A stretch of DNA of 63,997 nucleotides, counting the filler, from an uncultured Myxococcia bacterium (GTDB lineage Bacteria; CAZTWC01), in assembly GCA_964617105.1 (NCBI GenBank). It is 13 parts of 13 records of this genome, joined end to end, with 100 filler letters (N's around TTAATTAATTAA, not from the genome) between each part and the next. Parts side by side here need not be neighbours in the genome. Positions count along the whole stretch, not along the records: positions 40,213 to 45,053 come from CAZTWC010000280.1; positions 45,154 to 49,949 come from CAZTWC010000281.1; positions 50,050 to 54,843 come from CAZTWC010000282.1; 10 more parts are not named here. One strand, 5' to 3'. Shown here one piece after another: positions 41,746 through 52,609 of the stretch (within the stretch, counting starts at the first letter, position 1; each line of letters opens with the position of its first letter). The position numbers and the translations under genes are program-made. The notes beneath the pieces are model-generated. The model did no database searches. It was not told where the DNA came from and was given only the letters and a program-made list of their open reading frames with translations.

Positions 41746-42912
41746 ATGCAAACTGCTCTTATCAACGATAGTGCCGGAATCCTTTTTGTTTTAGCCGCCA
41801 ATGCTGCGCTATGGTTTTTTTTGCAAAAGCGCACCCAGTGGAAACTGTTTAACTATATTCCCCCTTTGCTGTTTATCTATATATTACCGGCCCTGTTTTC
41901 CAATACCAACCTGATCCCAACCAAAACTCCTCTATATACCTGGATGGGTGATAATCTTTTACCCATGTTTCTCACTCTGCTGCTGCTGAAAGTTGATCTT
42001 CGCTCCACCATCAAGGTAATGGGAAAAGGAGTATGGGTGATGCTAATCGGTACGGTGGGAGTGGTCCTGGGCGCACCCCTGGGGTTTGTGGCAGTCAAAG
42101 GATGGTTGGGACCGGAGTCATGGAAAGGGTTTGGCGCCCTGGCCGGCAGTTGGATCGGCGGCACGGGCAACATGGCGGCGGTGGCCGAGGGGTTGGGCAC
42201 TTCCGGTACCGATTTTGGCCTGGCTGTTATTGCTGACAACGCGGTTTACCTGGTCTGGCTCCCCCTGCTGCTGCAATCGAAAAACATGGCCACCTGGTTT
42301 CATCGCTTTACCGGGGCTAATCAGGAACGGCTGGAAAGGATGAAAAGAGAGGCGCAAAACCTGGAGGAGCAACAAAAGCCGCTGGAGATGCAACATCTGC
42401 TCTATTTGATTGCCCTGGGCTTAGCGGTTACCTGGTTCAGCTCTATAATCGCCGCTGAAATTCCCCCAATAAAACCAGTGCTGACCGAATCTACCTACCA
42501 AATTCTCCTGGTAACCACCATGGGGCTGATACTATCTTTTTCTCCGGCCAGCCGGATTCCAGGCAGCCACCAGTTGGCCATGGCCATGGTCTATCTGTTT
42601 GTGGCTCGAATGGGAGCAAAAGCGGTGGTGACAGGCCTGGCGGTACAGGCTATCCCCTTTGTGGCTGGTGCTTTTATCTGGATATTTATACATGGCCTTT
42701 TTATTGTGGTGGCTGCCCGGCTGTTTAAAATTGATATTCACACCACTGCCATTGCCAGCGCCGCCAACATCGGTGGGGCGGCCAGCGCTCCTTTGGTGGC
42801 GGCTTTTCACGACCAGCGGCTGGTGCCGGTCAGTATTTTAATGGCCCTAATCGGTTATGCTGTGGGAAATTATGCCGCTTTCCTGGCTGCCTGGCTCTGC
42901 AGTTTGGTGTAG
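41746..42912 (+). CDS. DUF819 family membrane protein
   Basis: GSWIGGTGNMAAV and SAANIGGAASAP motifs; many TM helices. Confidence 0.88.
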   Translation: MQTALINDSAGILFVLAANAALWFFLQKRTQWKLFNYIPPLLFIYILPALFSNTNLIPTKTPLYTWMGDNLLPMFLTLLLLKVDLRSTIKVMGKGVWVMLIGTVGVVLGAPLGFVAVKGWLGPESWKGFGALAGSWIGGTGNMAAVAEGLGTSGTDFGLAVIADNAVYLVWLPLLLQSKNMATWFHRFTGANQERLERMKREAQNLEEQQKPLEMQHLLYLIALGLAVTWFSSIIAAEIPPIKPVLTESTYQILLVTTMGLILSFSPASRIPGSHQLAMAMVYLFVARMGAKAVVTGLAVQAIPFVAGAFIWIFIHGLFIVVAARLFKIDIHTTAIASAANIGGAASAPLVAAFHDQRLVPVSILMALIGYAVGNYAAFLAAWLCSLV

Positions 42913-42917
42913 GGAGA

Positions 42918-43268
42918 TTATTGCGCCAACTTTTCCAAAGCATCTGTTCCTTTTTTAAGCGCCATCCGGCACAGCAGGTACACCATTGAGGTAATCAACA
43001 TCAGAGAAGCGATGACAATAGCAGCCCAGCCTAAAGATGGTATGGTAAGGCGAGTTTCAAATTGATATACTGCTACCAGGGTAGGAGATAGCCCAAGGAT
43101 AATAACCACCACCACCAGGTTGATTATCATACACAATACACCACTAACGCCGGCAGCTATTTTAGCCACATTCTCCGCTTTAAACTGAGGGTTGGCAGCA
43201 CCAATTGCCAGACTTATGGAGGTGAATACAAACCGCAAACAAAGAGCGGAACAGACAAAACCACACAT
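42918..43268 (-). pseudogene. C-terminal remnant of an ABC-2-type permease
   Basis: SLAIGAANPQFKAENVAKIAAGVSGVLCM resembles permease C-termini; the rest of the gene is missing. Confidence 0.55.
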
Positions 43269-43289
43269 GCCCAGGTTAATGTTTTGTGG

Positions 43290-44532
43290 CGGGATGTTAT
43301 ATCTCCTCTATCTGCATAACTCTGGTGAAATGGATCTGATCCAGAAACCGGCTTCCCGGGTCAATCAAAAATTTCAAAATGACCTCCTGGCCGAGGGTGC
43401 TACCGAGGAGTGGTTGTCTATATATTTACATGGTAAAAAACTTGGCTACTTACATAACAAACGGGATAAATTATCTAAAGGCTTTAGGATTACCCAAACC
43501 GCTAAACTGGATTTGACCATTTTTAAAACCAGACAAAAAATCAGAATAAACGCCTTTTGTATCCTCAGTGATAAATTCCATCTCAAATCCTTCTCCTTTT
43601 ATCTGAAGGCCAATGAAACCGATTTTCAAATTTTGGGCGTGGTGAAAGAATTGAAAATACTGCTGACTATTAAAACCGGCGGGGAGGTAAGCCGTCGCCA
43701 AATCCTCCTGAAAAGAAAGCCCTTCTTTGATGTGGGATTTAAAGCCTTTCTGGCCTCTCTGAAACCAGCGGCAGGCACAAAATTTCGTACCTCTATTTTT
43801 GATCCTTTACTGATGAAAAACCGGGAAATCATCTACCAAATAATCGGAAATGAGCCCATCAAAGTGGGGGGCAAATTATATAAAGCCCTTCATTTTAGTC
43901 AAAAAATTGAAGGTATGGAGGGTATGACCCTACACGGCTGGATAGATAAAACCGGAAGAACAATTAAGGAGGATTCTCCCATAGGATTTATGTTAATGCG
44001 TGAATCTCCGGAAAAGATATTTGCTTCGCCTTCAGCCGGGGAAGAAGATCTTGACCTGGCGCATATAACTGCTATCAAACCAGATAAACCTATCCCTCCG
44101 CCAGAAAGCCTGATAAAACTGGTAATCAAACTAAAGAATATTGACTCCAGGGTTTTTAATTTCGTTGATCCAGACCCATTTTCACGCCAGTCAAAATGCG
44201 GAAACCAGTTGACTATAGAACAGGATACCAGGTGGGCGTCAAATTATCTCAGCCAAATTTCGCCAAAATTGCCGAAATCAGAACAACAGAGATACCTGGC
44301 TGACGAGTAAAGAAGCTGTGGCCGGCATACCCAGTGCTCTGGAAGTGTTGAAGAACAGAAAAGGGGACTGCAATGAGCATACCACCCTGTTTGTCGCCCT
44401 GTCCAGGGCCGCTGGGTAGGGATTGATCCCACCTGGAATCAATTCCCGGTGGATGTAGGACATATCCGCTTTATAGTTGGAAATTTGAGCAGGCAGATTG
44501 ATATTTTGGCCATCATTCGAGAAACATTATAA
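43290..44532 (+). pseudogene. Transglutaminase-like domain protein with internal deletions and frameshifts
   Basis: EEWLSIYLHGKKLGY N-domain; after the 44310 stop, GDCNEHTTLFVALSRAAG* and then WVGIDPTW in a further frame. Confidence 0.8.
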
Positions 44533-44633
44533 ATCTCCTTGCCGGTAAAGATTAAATTTTATATAGTATCCTAATACTTCTAAAAAATAAGCCAATATTA
44601 TTACATTAATAAAATTATTAAATAGAAGCTAAA

Positions 44634-45053
44634 TTGAAAGAGAGACTAAAGATGAATAAAAGTAAAAAAAACGATATAACAATTCTTGTTGCCTTAAAAA
44701 GTGTCAAGGAAATACAATTGGTGGAAAAGATAGTCAAAAAATTAGGGACAAACATCCTGACTGCGTCCTCTACCAAACAAGCACAGGATATGGTCTTCAA
44801 CCGCAACCTGGATTTAGCCATAATAGATAATGAAATGCTAAGCGATGATGACCTGAAAATGGCACTTTTAATGAAAAATAAGGAAAAAGGCAATATATTA
44901 CCGCTAATCTTAACCTGCTCACAAGATAAACCTGTTAACTTTGCCCTGGAAAATTACCGGGAAGGGGCGTTGGATTATCTGCATAAACCCCTTGAGCCGG
45001 ATATGTTAAAAAACAAAATTAAAGTTTTCTTAAAAATATCCAACCAGCAACGC
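44634..45053 (+). CDS. Receiver-domain protein, degenerate (3' partial)
   Basis: DLAIID and GALDYLHKP present; N-terminal acidic pair absent. Confidence 0.7.
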
Positions 45054-45153
45054 NNNNNNNNNNNNNNNNNNNNNNNNNNNNNNNNNNNNNNNNNNNNTTA
45101 ATTAATTAANNNNNNNNNNNNNNNNNNNNNNNNNNNNNNNNNNNNNNNNNNNN

Positions 45154-46628
45154 CTGAGAATGATGAATCCTTTGTTTACCTGGATCTTAATTTGAAAGGA
45201 TTATATAAGAATGTCAGGGCCATGAAAATGGTTCAGATATCCACTCTTTTTGATACCTATCCCCGGGCGATAAGGGATATGGCGGTTGAAACTGGAAAAA
45301 AGATCAAAGTCATAATTTCCGGGGTTGAAACAGAGTTAGATAAGAACGTAATCGAGATAATTCGCGATCCCATGGTGCACCTGATCAGAAATTCAGTTGA
45401 TCACGGTATTGAATCGCCCGCCGACAGGACTAAAAATGGAAAAGATGAGAGGGGAAACATCCATATATCTGCTCATCAAATGGGCAATGATATCCAGATA
45501 ACTATAAATGATGATGGGGCTGGTATTGATGCGGAAAAAGTGTTGGCCAAGGCGATCCAAAAAAAGGTGATATCAAGAGATCAGGCCGATTTATTATCTC
45601 AGGCAGAGATATACAATTTACTTTTCAAATCGGGGTTTTCAACCCTTGACACGGTTAGTGAGTTATCGGGCCGCGGCGTGGGTCTGGACAGTGTAATTAC
45701 CAGCCTTAATAAGTGTGATGGAAAAATTGAGATAAGTTCACGTCCCAATGAGGGCAGTGAATTTAAATTGACCATTCCTATAACCATGTCGGTATTCAAG
45801 GCGTTGCCGGTAAAGGTGGGAGAAGATATTTTCTTTATCCCATCAGTTTTGGTAAACGAAGTTGCGGTAGTGCCGGATGATTCAATTGAAATAGTAGATC
45901 GGGTAAGGGTAAATAGGTGGCGGGATCAGGTGGTACCCATTGTTAAATTGGGAGAGGTTCTTGGTACGGCTGCTGCATCAAAAAATGGGCGAAAGCAGTC
46001 AAATTTGCTTTTTATCCGTCACCAGGAAAGATACCTGGCACTGGAGGTGGACCAGTTTTTAGAAGAGATGAGCATCCTATACCGTTCTATGGGTACGTTT
46101 TTAGTTAACTTGCCTCTAATAGCCGGTTGCACCATAATGGATAATGGACAGGTTGCTCTAATTTTAAATATCAGCGCCTTGCTGGAGGAAATAGAAGCCA
46201 AGACGGTTGAGTATAAGTATAAGGTTGAGGAGGGGGGAGATATTGGCAAGAAAGAGGAACGAAAAAAACGGATATTGATTGTAGATGATTCGCCCATTAT
46301 CAGGGAAACCCAGAAGGGGATATTAATTTCAGCCGGTTATGAAGTTGATGAAGCCGAAAATGGTGTTCAGGCGCTGATTAAACTGCAGAAACGATCTTTT
46401 GAACTGGCTTTGGTAGATATTTTAATGCCCCAGATGGATGGCTTTGAATTGATACAACGGATGAAAGAGGAGAAGAAATTTCAAGATATTCCAGTGGTGA
46501 TTATGACCTGCCGAAAATCTGAAGAAGATAAAATGAGAGGGATAGAGTTGGGATGCGATGCCTATTTGGTAAAGAGTGATTTTGCTCCCGACATTCTGTT
46601 AAAAACCATTCAGCGCCATATTAAATAA
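45154..46628 (+). CDS. cheA: CheA-receiver hybrid kinase (5' partial)
   Basis: HLIRNSVDHGIE, DDGAGID, GFST..SGRGVGLD, CheW-like domain, C-terminal receiver. Confidence 0.95.
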
Positions 46629-46697
46629 GTAAAGTTTTCTCCTGGGACAACGATTACAATGCTAATCCTGAATATTTTAAAGGGGCTATAATTTTTT

Positions 46698-47744
46698 ATG
46701 ATAAAAGTTTTATTAATCGAAGACTCACAAATAAACAAACTTTTTATCGCCTCAGCCTTGGCCCGTAATTCGGAAATCCAGGTGGTGGGAGAAGTTACTA
46801 ACGGTACTGCTGCTCTGGAGATGGTGAAGAATAAAATTCCTAACCTGATAATTTTGGGTCTGAATTTACCCAATCAGAGTGCCATAACTGCCATAAAGGA
46901 GATTATGAAGCATAGGCCGACTCCCATCATCGGCATTCAAAAAATGTCTGGTAACTCTTCTGCCAAAATAGCCATGAAAGCGATAAATGCCGGTGTGCTA
47001 GATGTATTTGAGGAACCGATACTTGAATTTATGGAAGATTGGTCAGATAGGTTGGTAAAAAAAATACTTGAAATTACTTCTGTGGTGGTAAAATCTGGAA
47101 TAAACCTGTTGGCACCTCCCGCTAATTTTGGGGTTGGAAATAAACAAAATATCGATTTTACTGATATAAAAAAACATGGTTTATTCAAAATAGTGGGTAT
47201 TGCTTCTTCCACTGGAGGACCGCGGGCTTTAGCATCTCTGATGGTGGAAATGCCGGCTGATTTCAGTGCACCAATTTTGATAGTGCAACATATGGCCAGG
47301 GGATACATCGAGGGGTTGGCTGAATGGCTGGAACAGGTTTCCCCCCTGAAGGTTGAGATTGCTCAAAGTGGGGGGTTTCCGCAACCAGGCCATGTTTATT
47401 TGGCACCTGATAATCGTCACCTGGAGGTTAATAGTTCCGGCAACATGGTTTTAACCGACACGCCCCCTGTAAATGGATTCAAACCCTCGGGTAATCCTCT
47501 TTTGTTGTCTTTGGCCAACTATTTTGGCCCAAAGGCGGTAGGGGTAATTTTAACCGGTATGGGTGATGACGGAGTAAAAGGACTTAAAAGCCTGAAACAG
47601 GCGGGTGGCTATACCATAGCCCAGGATGAACAGAGTTCGGTTATTTTTGGCATGCCAGGTCAGGCCATTAAAGCCGGTGTTGTGGAAAAAGTAGTGGCTC
47701 TGGAATATATTGCTACCCATTTAACCAAAATGGTAAGGGGGTAA
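46698..47744 (+). CDS. cheB: Chemotaxis methylesterase CheB
   Basis: ASSTGGP, VQHM, LTGMGDDG. Confidence 0.95.
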   Translation: MIKVLLIEDSQINKLFIASALARNSEIQVVGEVTNGTAALEMVKNKIPNLIILGLNLPNQSAITAIKEIMKHRPTPIIGIQKMSGNSSAKIAMKAINAGVLDVFEEPILEFMEDWSDRLVKKILEITSVVVKSGINLLAPPANFGVGNKQNIDFTDIKKHGLFKIVGIASSTGGPRALASLMVEMPADFSAPILIVQHMARGYIEGLAEWLEQVSPLKVEIAQSGGFPQPGHVYLAPDNRHLEVNSSGNMVLTDTPPVNGFKPSGNPLLLSLANYFGPKAVGVILTGMGDDGVKGLKSLKQAGGYTIAQDEQSSVIFGMPGQAIKAGVVEKVVALEYIATHLTKMVRG

Positions 47745-47747
47745 GCG

Positions 47748-49283
47748 TTGGATATTCCGTGGAAAAAAAGTGATTTGGGATTATTGGCCAACACCGTCGA
47801 GGATAAATTCGGTCTCAGGATAAAAAAAGATGATTACCAGATATTAGCCAAATACGCTGAAAAGCATTTTGAAAACCATGATCAGTTAACCGATTTTATC
47901 AACAGTTCTTTGAAAATAGATATTATCGATGATCTTTATCAGGATTTGCTGGACCAGGTAACTGTAAAAAAGACCGATTTTTTCCGGCGTCCCAATCAGT
48001 TCGATCTATTAAAAAAATGTAGCATTCCAGAAATTATCAAAGAAAAAAAGTTACGGAATGATAATCAAAATCTAATTACCATATGGAGTGCAGCCTGCTG
48101 TTCTGGGGAAGAACCATATTCTCTGGCCATGACTCTATTAGAGTCTGTACCGGCTCCGTACAAGTTTAAAGTGGTCGCTACAGATCTGAATCCAGAATAT
48201 ATCAATGAAGCTCAAAGAGGTATATATCCTTCATCGGTTCTATCTAAGGTGCCAGAACGGCACCATAAATATTTTAAAAAACTTGGGAACCGGGTTCAAG
48301 TTGATGATCTTCTTAAGGACTATATCGATTTTTATACCTATAATTTAAACAGTATTGTTTTGCCCAAGTATAAAGGATTAAATTGGGACATTATTTTTTG
48401 TCGAAATGTGATGATCTATTTTGACCGGGAAAAAGTAAAACAAATCTTAGAAAAGTTTTATCAGATAATGAATTGGGGCAGTTATCTGTTTTTGGGTGAT
48501 TCAGAGTCTTTGTTCAAGGTATTTAATAAATTATCCTTGATTAATTTTGAAGATGAATATGTTTATAAAAAGCAGATAGATTTTCAAGAGGAAGACAACC
48601 AACCTGCCAAACCATTTAAAGGGAGTGGTAAATATAGTTTTAGTAAAATAAAAACCAAACTGGTTCATGGAGTTGGCATCAACGGTGTAAAAGAACAATT
48701 TATTCAGCAAAAAGAGCAAGAAAAACCTTTAAAACCGGCAAAATTGTCAAATCCAGACCAACTTTACCAAAAACAGGTAAATCGGTATAATGAAACTAAT
48801 TTCCAATCCTGCCTGGAGGAATTTTCCAGGCTGAGAGAACAATTTCCCAAACACCGGGAAATTTCCATTACCCTGGGCAATTTGTATGCATTTCACGATT
48901 TTTTTAAAAAGGCGGAAGATATTTATCTCAGTTTATTAAACCAACAAATCATGGAGCCCGAGCTTCATTTTTTGCTGGGTGATCTCTATAAGAATATGGA
49001 TAAAATAGAGTTGGCTATTGCTGCTTTTAAAAAGGTTATTTATTTGCAGGAAGAGCATTTTTTAGCCTATTTTAACCTGGCTATTCTTTATTTTTCCCAG
49101 AAAGACTTTCAAAATGCCAATAGATATTTTAAAAATGCTCTGGAATTTTCCTATCCCGAGAAAAGTCCCCAATTGTTGAGAAGTTTTCATCCCCAGTATA
49201 GTGACATGGAATTAACAAAAAAGTCTATTTTTGATTCCAGTGAGAATTATTTGTCTATATTGACGTTAAAGATATCCGAATGA
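47748..49283 (+). CDS. cheR: CheR methyltransferase with C-terminal TPRs (FrzF/WspC-like)
   Basis: WSAACCSGEEPYS, ATD, IFCRNVMIYF, TPR helices. Confidence 0.92.
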   Translation: MDIPWKKSDLGLLANTVEDKFGLRIKKDDYQILAKYAEKHFENHDQLTDFINSSLKIDIIDDLYQDLLDQVTVKKTDFFRRPNQFDLLKKCSIPEIIKEKKLRNDNQNLITIWSAACCSGEEPYSLAMTLLESVPAPYKFKVVATDLNPEYINEAQRGIYPSSVLSKVPERHHKYFKKLGNRVQVDDLLKDYIDFYTYNLNSIVLPKYKGLNWDIIFCRNVMIYFDREKVKQILEKFYQIMNWGSYLFLGDSESLFKVFNKLSLINFEDEYVYKKQIDFQEEDNQPAKPFKGSGKYSFSKIKTKLVHGVGINGVKEQFIQQKEQEKPLKPAKLSNPDQLYQKQVNRYNETNFQSCLEEFSRLREQFPKHREISITLGNLYAFHDFFKKAEDIYLSLLNQQIMEPELHFLLGDLYKNMDKIELAIAAFKKVIYLQEEHFLAYFNLAILYFSQKDFQNANRYFKNALEFSYPEKSPQLLRSFHPQYSDMELTKKSIFDSSENYLSILTLKISE

Positions 49284-49298
49284 TGTTATTAAGGAATT

Positions 49299-49694
49299 GT
49301 GATGAAGAAAAAAGTTTTAGTGGTTGATGATTCGAAGATTGTCAGGCATGTATTAGTCAAAGCCTTGAAAGATGATTTGGGTAACTATCAGATCTTTGAA
49401 GCAGAGGACGGGGCTCGGGGTCTAGAAGAGGCTACCGGGCAAAAGATTGATATAATTTTTACTGATATCAATATGCCTCGAATGGGCGGCATCGAAATGA
49501 TCGATACCTTAAGAATGATTGACGATTACCGTGATACTCCCATTATCATTCTAACCCCGGAGCCTCTGGCAGACAGGAACGATTATGGCTTGGAGATTAA
49601 AGCCAATGGTTGGCTGCTCAAATCTTTTAATAGTAAACAACTATCCAACTTGTTGCAGCGGATTGAGGGCTCACTTAATGCGCGTGAACCCTAA
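49299..49694 (+). CDS. CheY-like response regulator
   Basis: VLVVDDS, TDINMPRMGG. Confidence 0.88.
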   Translation: MMKKKVLVVDDSKIVRHVLVKALKDDLGNYQIFEAEDGARGLEEATGQKIDIIFTDINMPRMGGIEMIDTLRMIDDYRDTPIIILTPEPLADRNDYGLEIKANGWLLKSFNSKQLSNLLQRIEGSLNAREP

Positions 49695-49704
49695 GGAGTA
49701 AATA

Positions 49705-49949
49705 ATGCTGTATTCTCTGATTATTAGCGATAAAGAAAAACAACAAAAAACTCTCTCTATAGAAAATAAGGAGATTGTTATCGGCCGGTCACCTACCTGC
49801 GATGTGGTTTTAGAGGTCAATAATGTTTCCAAGCAGCACACCAAGATTATTCTAAAAGATTCTCGGTTTGTGGTTGCAGACCTGAAGAGCACCAACGGCA
49901 CCTATATTAACGGAAGGCGGATAACTCAGCCTCAGGTGCTTAAAGAGGA
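49705..49949 (+). CDS. FHA domain protein (3' partial)
   Basis: IGR, VSKQH, DLKSTNGTYING. Confidence 0.9.
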
Positions 49950-50121
49950 NNNNNNNNNNNNNNNNNNNNNNNNNNNNNNNNNNNNNNNNNNNNTTAATTA
50001 ATTAANNNNNNNNNNNNNNNNNNNNNNNNNNNNNNNNNNNNNNNNNNNNGTAGAACCTATGGCGTATTTACAGCATTTAAAGATGAGGGAGAGCGCAGTA
50101 GTAAAAAAGTAAAAAAAAAAT

Positions 50122-50148
50122 TAAGCTTTATTTCTCAAATGCCGATGT
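50122..50148 (+). promoter_or_regulatory. Sigma28 (FliA) promoter of flgM
   Basis: TAAG-N15-GCCGATGT versus consensus TAAA-N15-GCCGATAA. Confidence 0.75.
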
Positions 50149-50223
50149 ATATAATGGAAGTGTAACATCGCTAAGAATTAGTAGCATTTAACCATTACTA
50201 TAGTACTAAATTTGGGGGTAAAA

Positions 50224-50523
50224 GTGAAAATTAAAGGCAAAGGGCAAAACCCGATAGAACAACTACTGCCTCAAGTACAGGAAAAAGAGGAAGGGGAAAA
50301 GACGCCGGCAAAATCACTGGAGGTGGATAGAGATGATGCAACCAGAGTAGAACTTAGCCATATGTCGCGTCTTAAGAGATTAGTTGAACAATTACCCGAG
50401 GTAGATAGCAATAGAGTAGAGCAACTTAAAAAACAGGTTCAAGCCGGTACATATTCTTATGATTCCAGGCGAGCGGCCGAAAAGATTCTGGAGGAATCGC
50501 TCTTCCTTCAGGATATTCTCTAA
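50224..50523 (+). CDS. flgM: Anti-sigma28 factor FlgM
   Basis: VELS, PEVDSNRVEQLKKQVQAGTY..D...AEKIL; upstream of flgNKL. Confidence 0.85.
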   Translation: MKIKGKGQNPIEQLLPQVQEKEEGEKTPAKSLEVDRDDATRVELSHMSRLKRLVEQLPEVDSNRVEQLKKQVQAGTYSYDSRRAAEKILEESLFLQDIL

Positions 50524-50573
50524 TCCGTTTCCGTCGCTTCCCTGGTTCGATACCGGCCCAGGAGTGACGGAAG

Positions 50574-51089
50574 ATGAATCCACAAATTGAGACTTTAGTT
50601 GAAGATTTACAGAACCTAATCAACAAAGAGGTCACCCTCCTGGAGGAGTTCGTCCTCCTTCTGCAACAGGAACAAACCATACTCTTTCAATTCTCTCCCG
50701 ATAAACTGCTGGAGATAAACCGTCAAAAAGAGGTTTTTTGCCTCAAGGGAAAAGTGCTGGAACAGTCCCGGCTTTCTCTCATGGAGCAGATCTGTCAAGC
50801 GTTGCCCATGGCTGAATCAATGGTTTCTCTGGAAATATTGTTGGAAATTTTGAGGGACCAGGAGAATATTGACTTGACTGTCCTGGAGATGAGATTGAAG
50901 GAAAATATCCTCCAGGTCAAAGAGTTGAACGATATGAACCGGCGGTTTGTAGAGCATTCCCTCCGAACCATTGACGGCACTTTAAGCCTTTTTAAGAACG
51001 CTATTAGTCCCCATGCCAAGGTGTATAATTCTTATGGCAAGATTTGCCATTCCACCCGCGGGATAAAGCGGTTGGATGGCAGGATTTAA
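50574..51089 (+). CDS. flgN: Flagellar export chaperone FlgN
   Basis: Helical protein with ELNDMN and YNSYG; position between flgM and flgK. Confidence 0.8.
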   Translation: MNPQIETLVEDLQNLINKEVTLLEEFVLLLQQEQTILFQFSPDKLLEINRQKEVFCLKGKVLEQSRLSLMEQICQALPMAESMVSLEILLEILRDQENIDLTVLEMRLKENILQVKELNDMNRRFVEHSLRTIDGTLSLFKNAISPHAKVYNSYGKICHSTRGIKRLDGRI

Positions 51090-51099
51090 AGGAGGATTT

Positions 51100-52551
51100 A
51101 TGCCCGGTATATTTGGAATAATGGATATAGCCAAAAAGTCCCTGTTTGTCCAGCAGCAGGGGGTATCGGTGACAGGGCACAACTTAGCCAACATGAATAC
51201 CGAAGGTTACACCCGAAAGGTGATGAATGTTTCATCTGATGTCAATGTAACCACTTTGGAGGGAGCAGGAGTCAAGGTAGATAGTGTGGCCGGTGTGACC
51301 AGTCCTTACGTGGACAAGATGATCGTTTCTGAAAATATGCGGCTGGGCGATTATTACGGCCGGCGGCAGGCACTTTCCCCGGTGGAGTCCCTATTTGATG
51401 AATCTTTAGGCGGAGGAATCGACTCTGCTATCAACGACTTTTTCAACTCCTGGCGTCGTCTGTCCAGTAATCCTGCCGGGCGGGCGGAACGCTCAGGTGT
51501 TCGTGCTGCCGGTCAATCTTTGGTGGAGGCTTTTCACCGGAATTACGATGGGGTAGCCCAGGTGCAAAAAGATTTGAATACCGAAATAGAGTCGGTGATC
51601 CTGGAAATCAATAATGTGTTTGAAGAGATAGCAACTTTGAACAGTAATATCCAAAAAACCGAGTTGGGGGTAAAGTCGGCCAATGATTTTAAAGACAAAC
51701 GTCAACAGAAGATTAAGGATTTAGCCGAAAAGATAGGCCTGCAGTCTTTTACCGATGATACGGGTCATGTAAATATAATGATCGGTGACGGCCGGGTGGC
51801 CCTGGAAGGGGTTCATCACGGAGGTTTAAAGGCTTTTTTGGACGCTAACGGTAAATATAAGGTCCATTTTATCGATGTGGGCGGTTCGGAGACCGATATA
51901 ACTGATGAGATTAATACCGGACAATTGGGCGGCGTCATCACAGTTAGAGAACAAAATTTGGAGGATTACAAGTCCAGGTTAAACGAGATTGCTCGTGTGC
52001 TGATGGATAAGTTTAACGAGCAGCACAAAAAAGGTGAGTCCTATGGCGAGGATTACATCGCGGCTAACCCCAAGGAGATAAGTTTTTTCAAGGAGATAAG
52101 TGCTTCTGAGGCAGCAGCCAGTTCTATTAATTTGTCTGACGATGTAAAAACCGATCTAAATAAGATCTGCGTTAGTCAAAGATACGAAAAAAGTGCTGAC
52201 AACGGTCTGACTCAATACTGGGCTTTGCCCGGTGATAATGAAAATGCCCTGGAACTGGTGGATTTGCAAGATAAATTGGTAACTTTTGGCAGTGGTGACC
52301 AGGCTACGTTTAACAGTTATATGGAGTTGATAGTGGGAGATGTGGCCAAAGAGGTAAAAAGGGTTAACGATGAGTACGAATTTCAGGACAGCATAGTGCA
52401 GCAATTGAAAAATTTTAGGGAGATCACCTCCGGGGTATCTATTGATGATGAGTTTATGCGACTCATACAATACCAAAAGGCGTACCAGGCTTCGGCCAAG
52501 ATTATCTCTACGGTAGATGGTTTGATAGATTCTATTCTATCTTTGCGTTAA
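51100..52551 (+). CDS. flgK: Flagellar hook-associated protein FlgK
   Basis: GHNLANMNTEGYTR, SGVSIDDE..LIQYQKAYQASAK; SD GGAGG. Confidence 0.95.
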   Translation: MPGIFGIMDIAKKSLFVQQQGVSVTGHNLANMNTEGYTRKVMNVSSDVNVTTLEGAGVKVDSVAGVTSPYVDKMIVSENMRLGDYYGRRQALSPVESLFDESLGGGIDSAINDFFNSWRRLSSNPAGRAERSGVRAAGQSLVEAFHRNYDGVAQVQKDLNTEIESVILEINNVFEEIATLNSNIQKTELGVKSANDFKDKRQQKIKDLAEKIGLQSFTDDTGHVNIMIGDGRVALEGVHHGGLKAFLDANGKYKVHFIDVGGSETDITDEINTGQLGGVITVREQNLEDYKSRLNEIARVLMDKFNEQHKKGESYGEDYIAANPKEISFFKEISASEAAASSINLSDDVKTDLNKICVSQRYEKSADNGLTQYWALPGDNENALELVDLQDKLVTFGSGDQATFNSYMELIVGDVAKEVKRVNDEYEFQDSIVQQLKNFREITSGVSIDDEFMRLIQYQKAYQASAKIISTVDGLIDSILSLR

Positions 52552-52609
52552 TTCACCACCGGTTGAGGAATTTTTGAAGGAGCACTTAATTGTTTAGAGG
52601 CAGTATATT

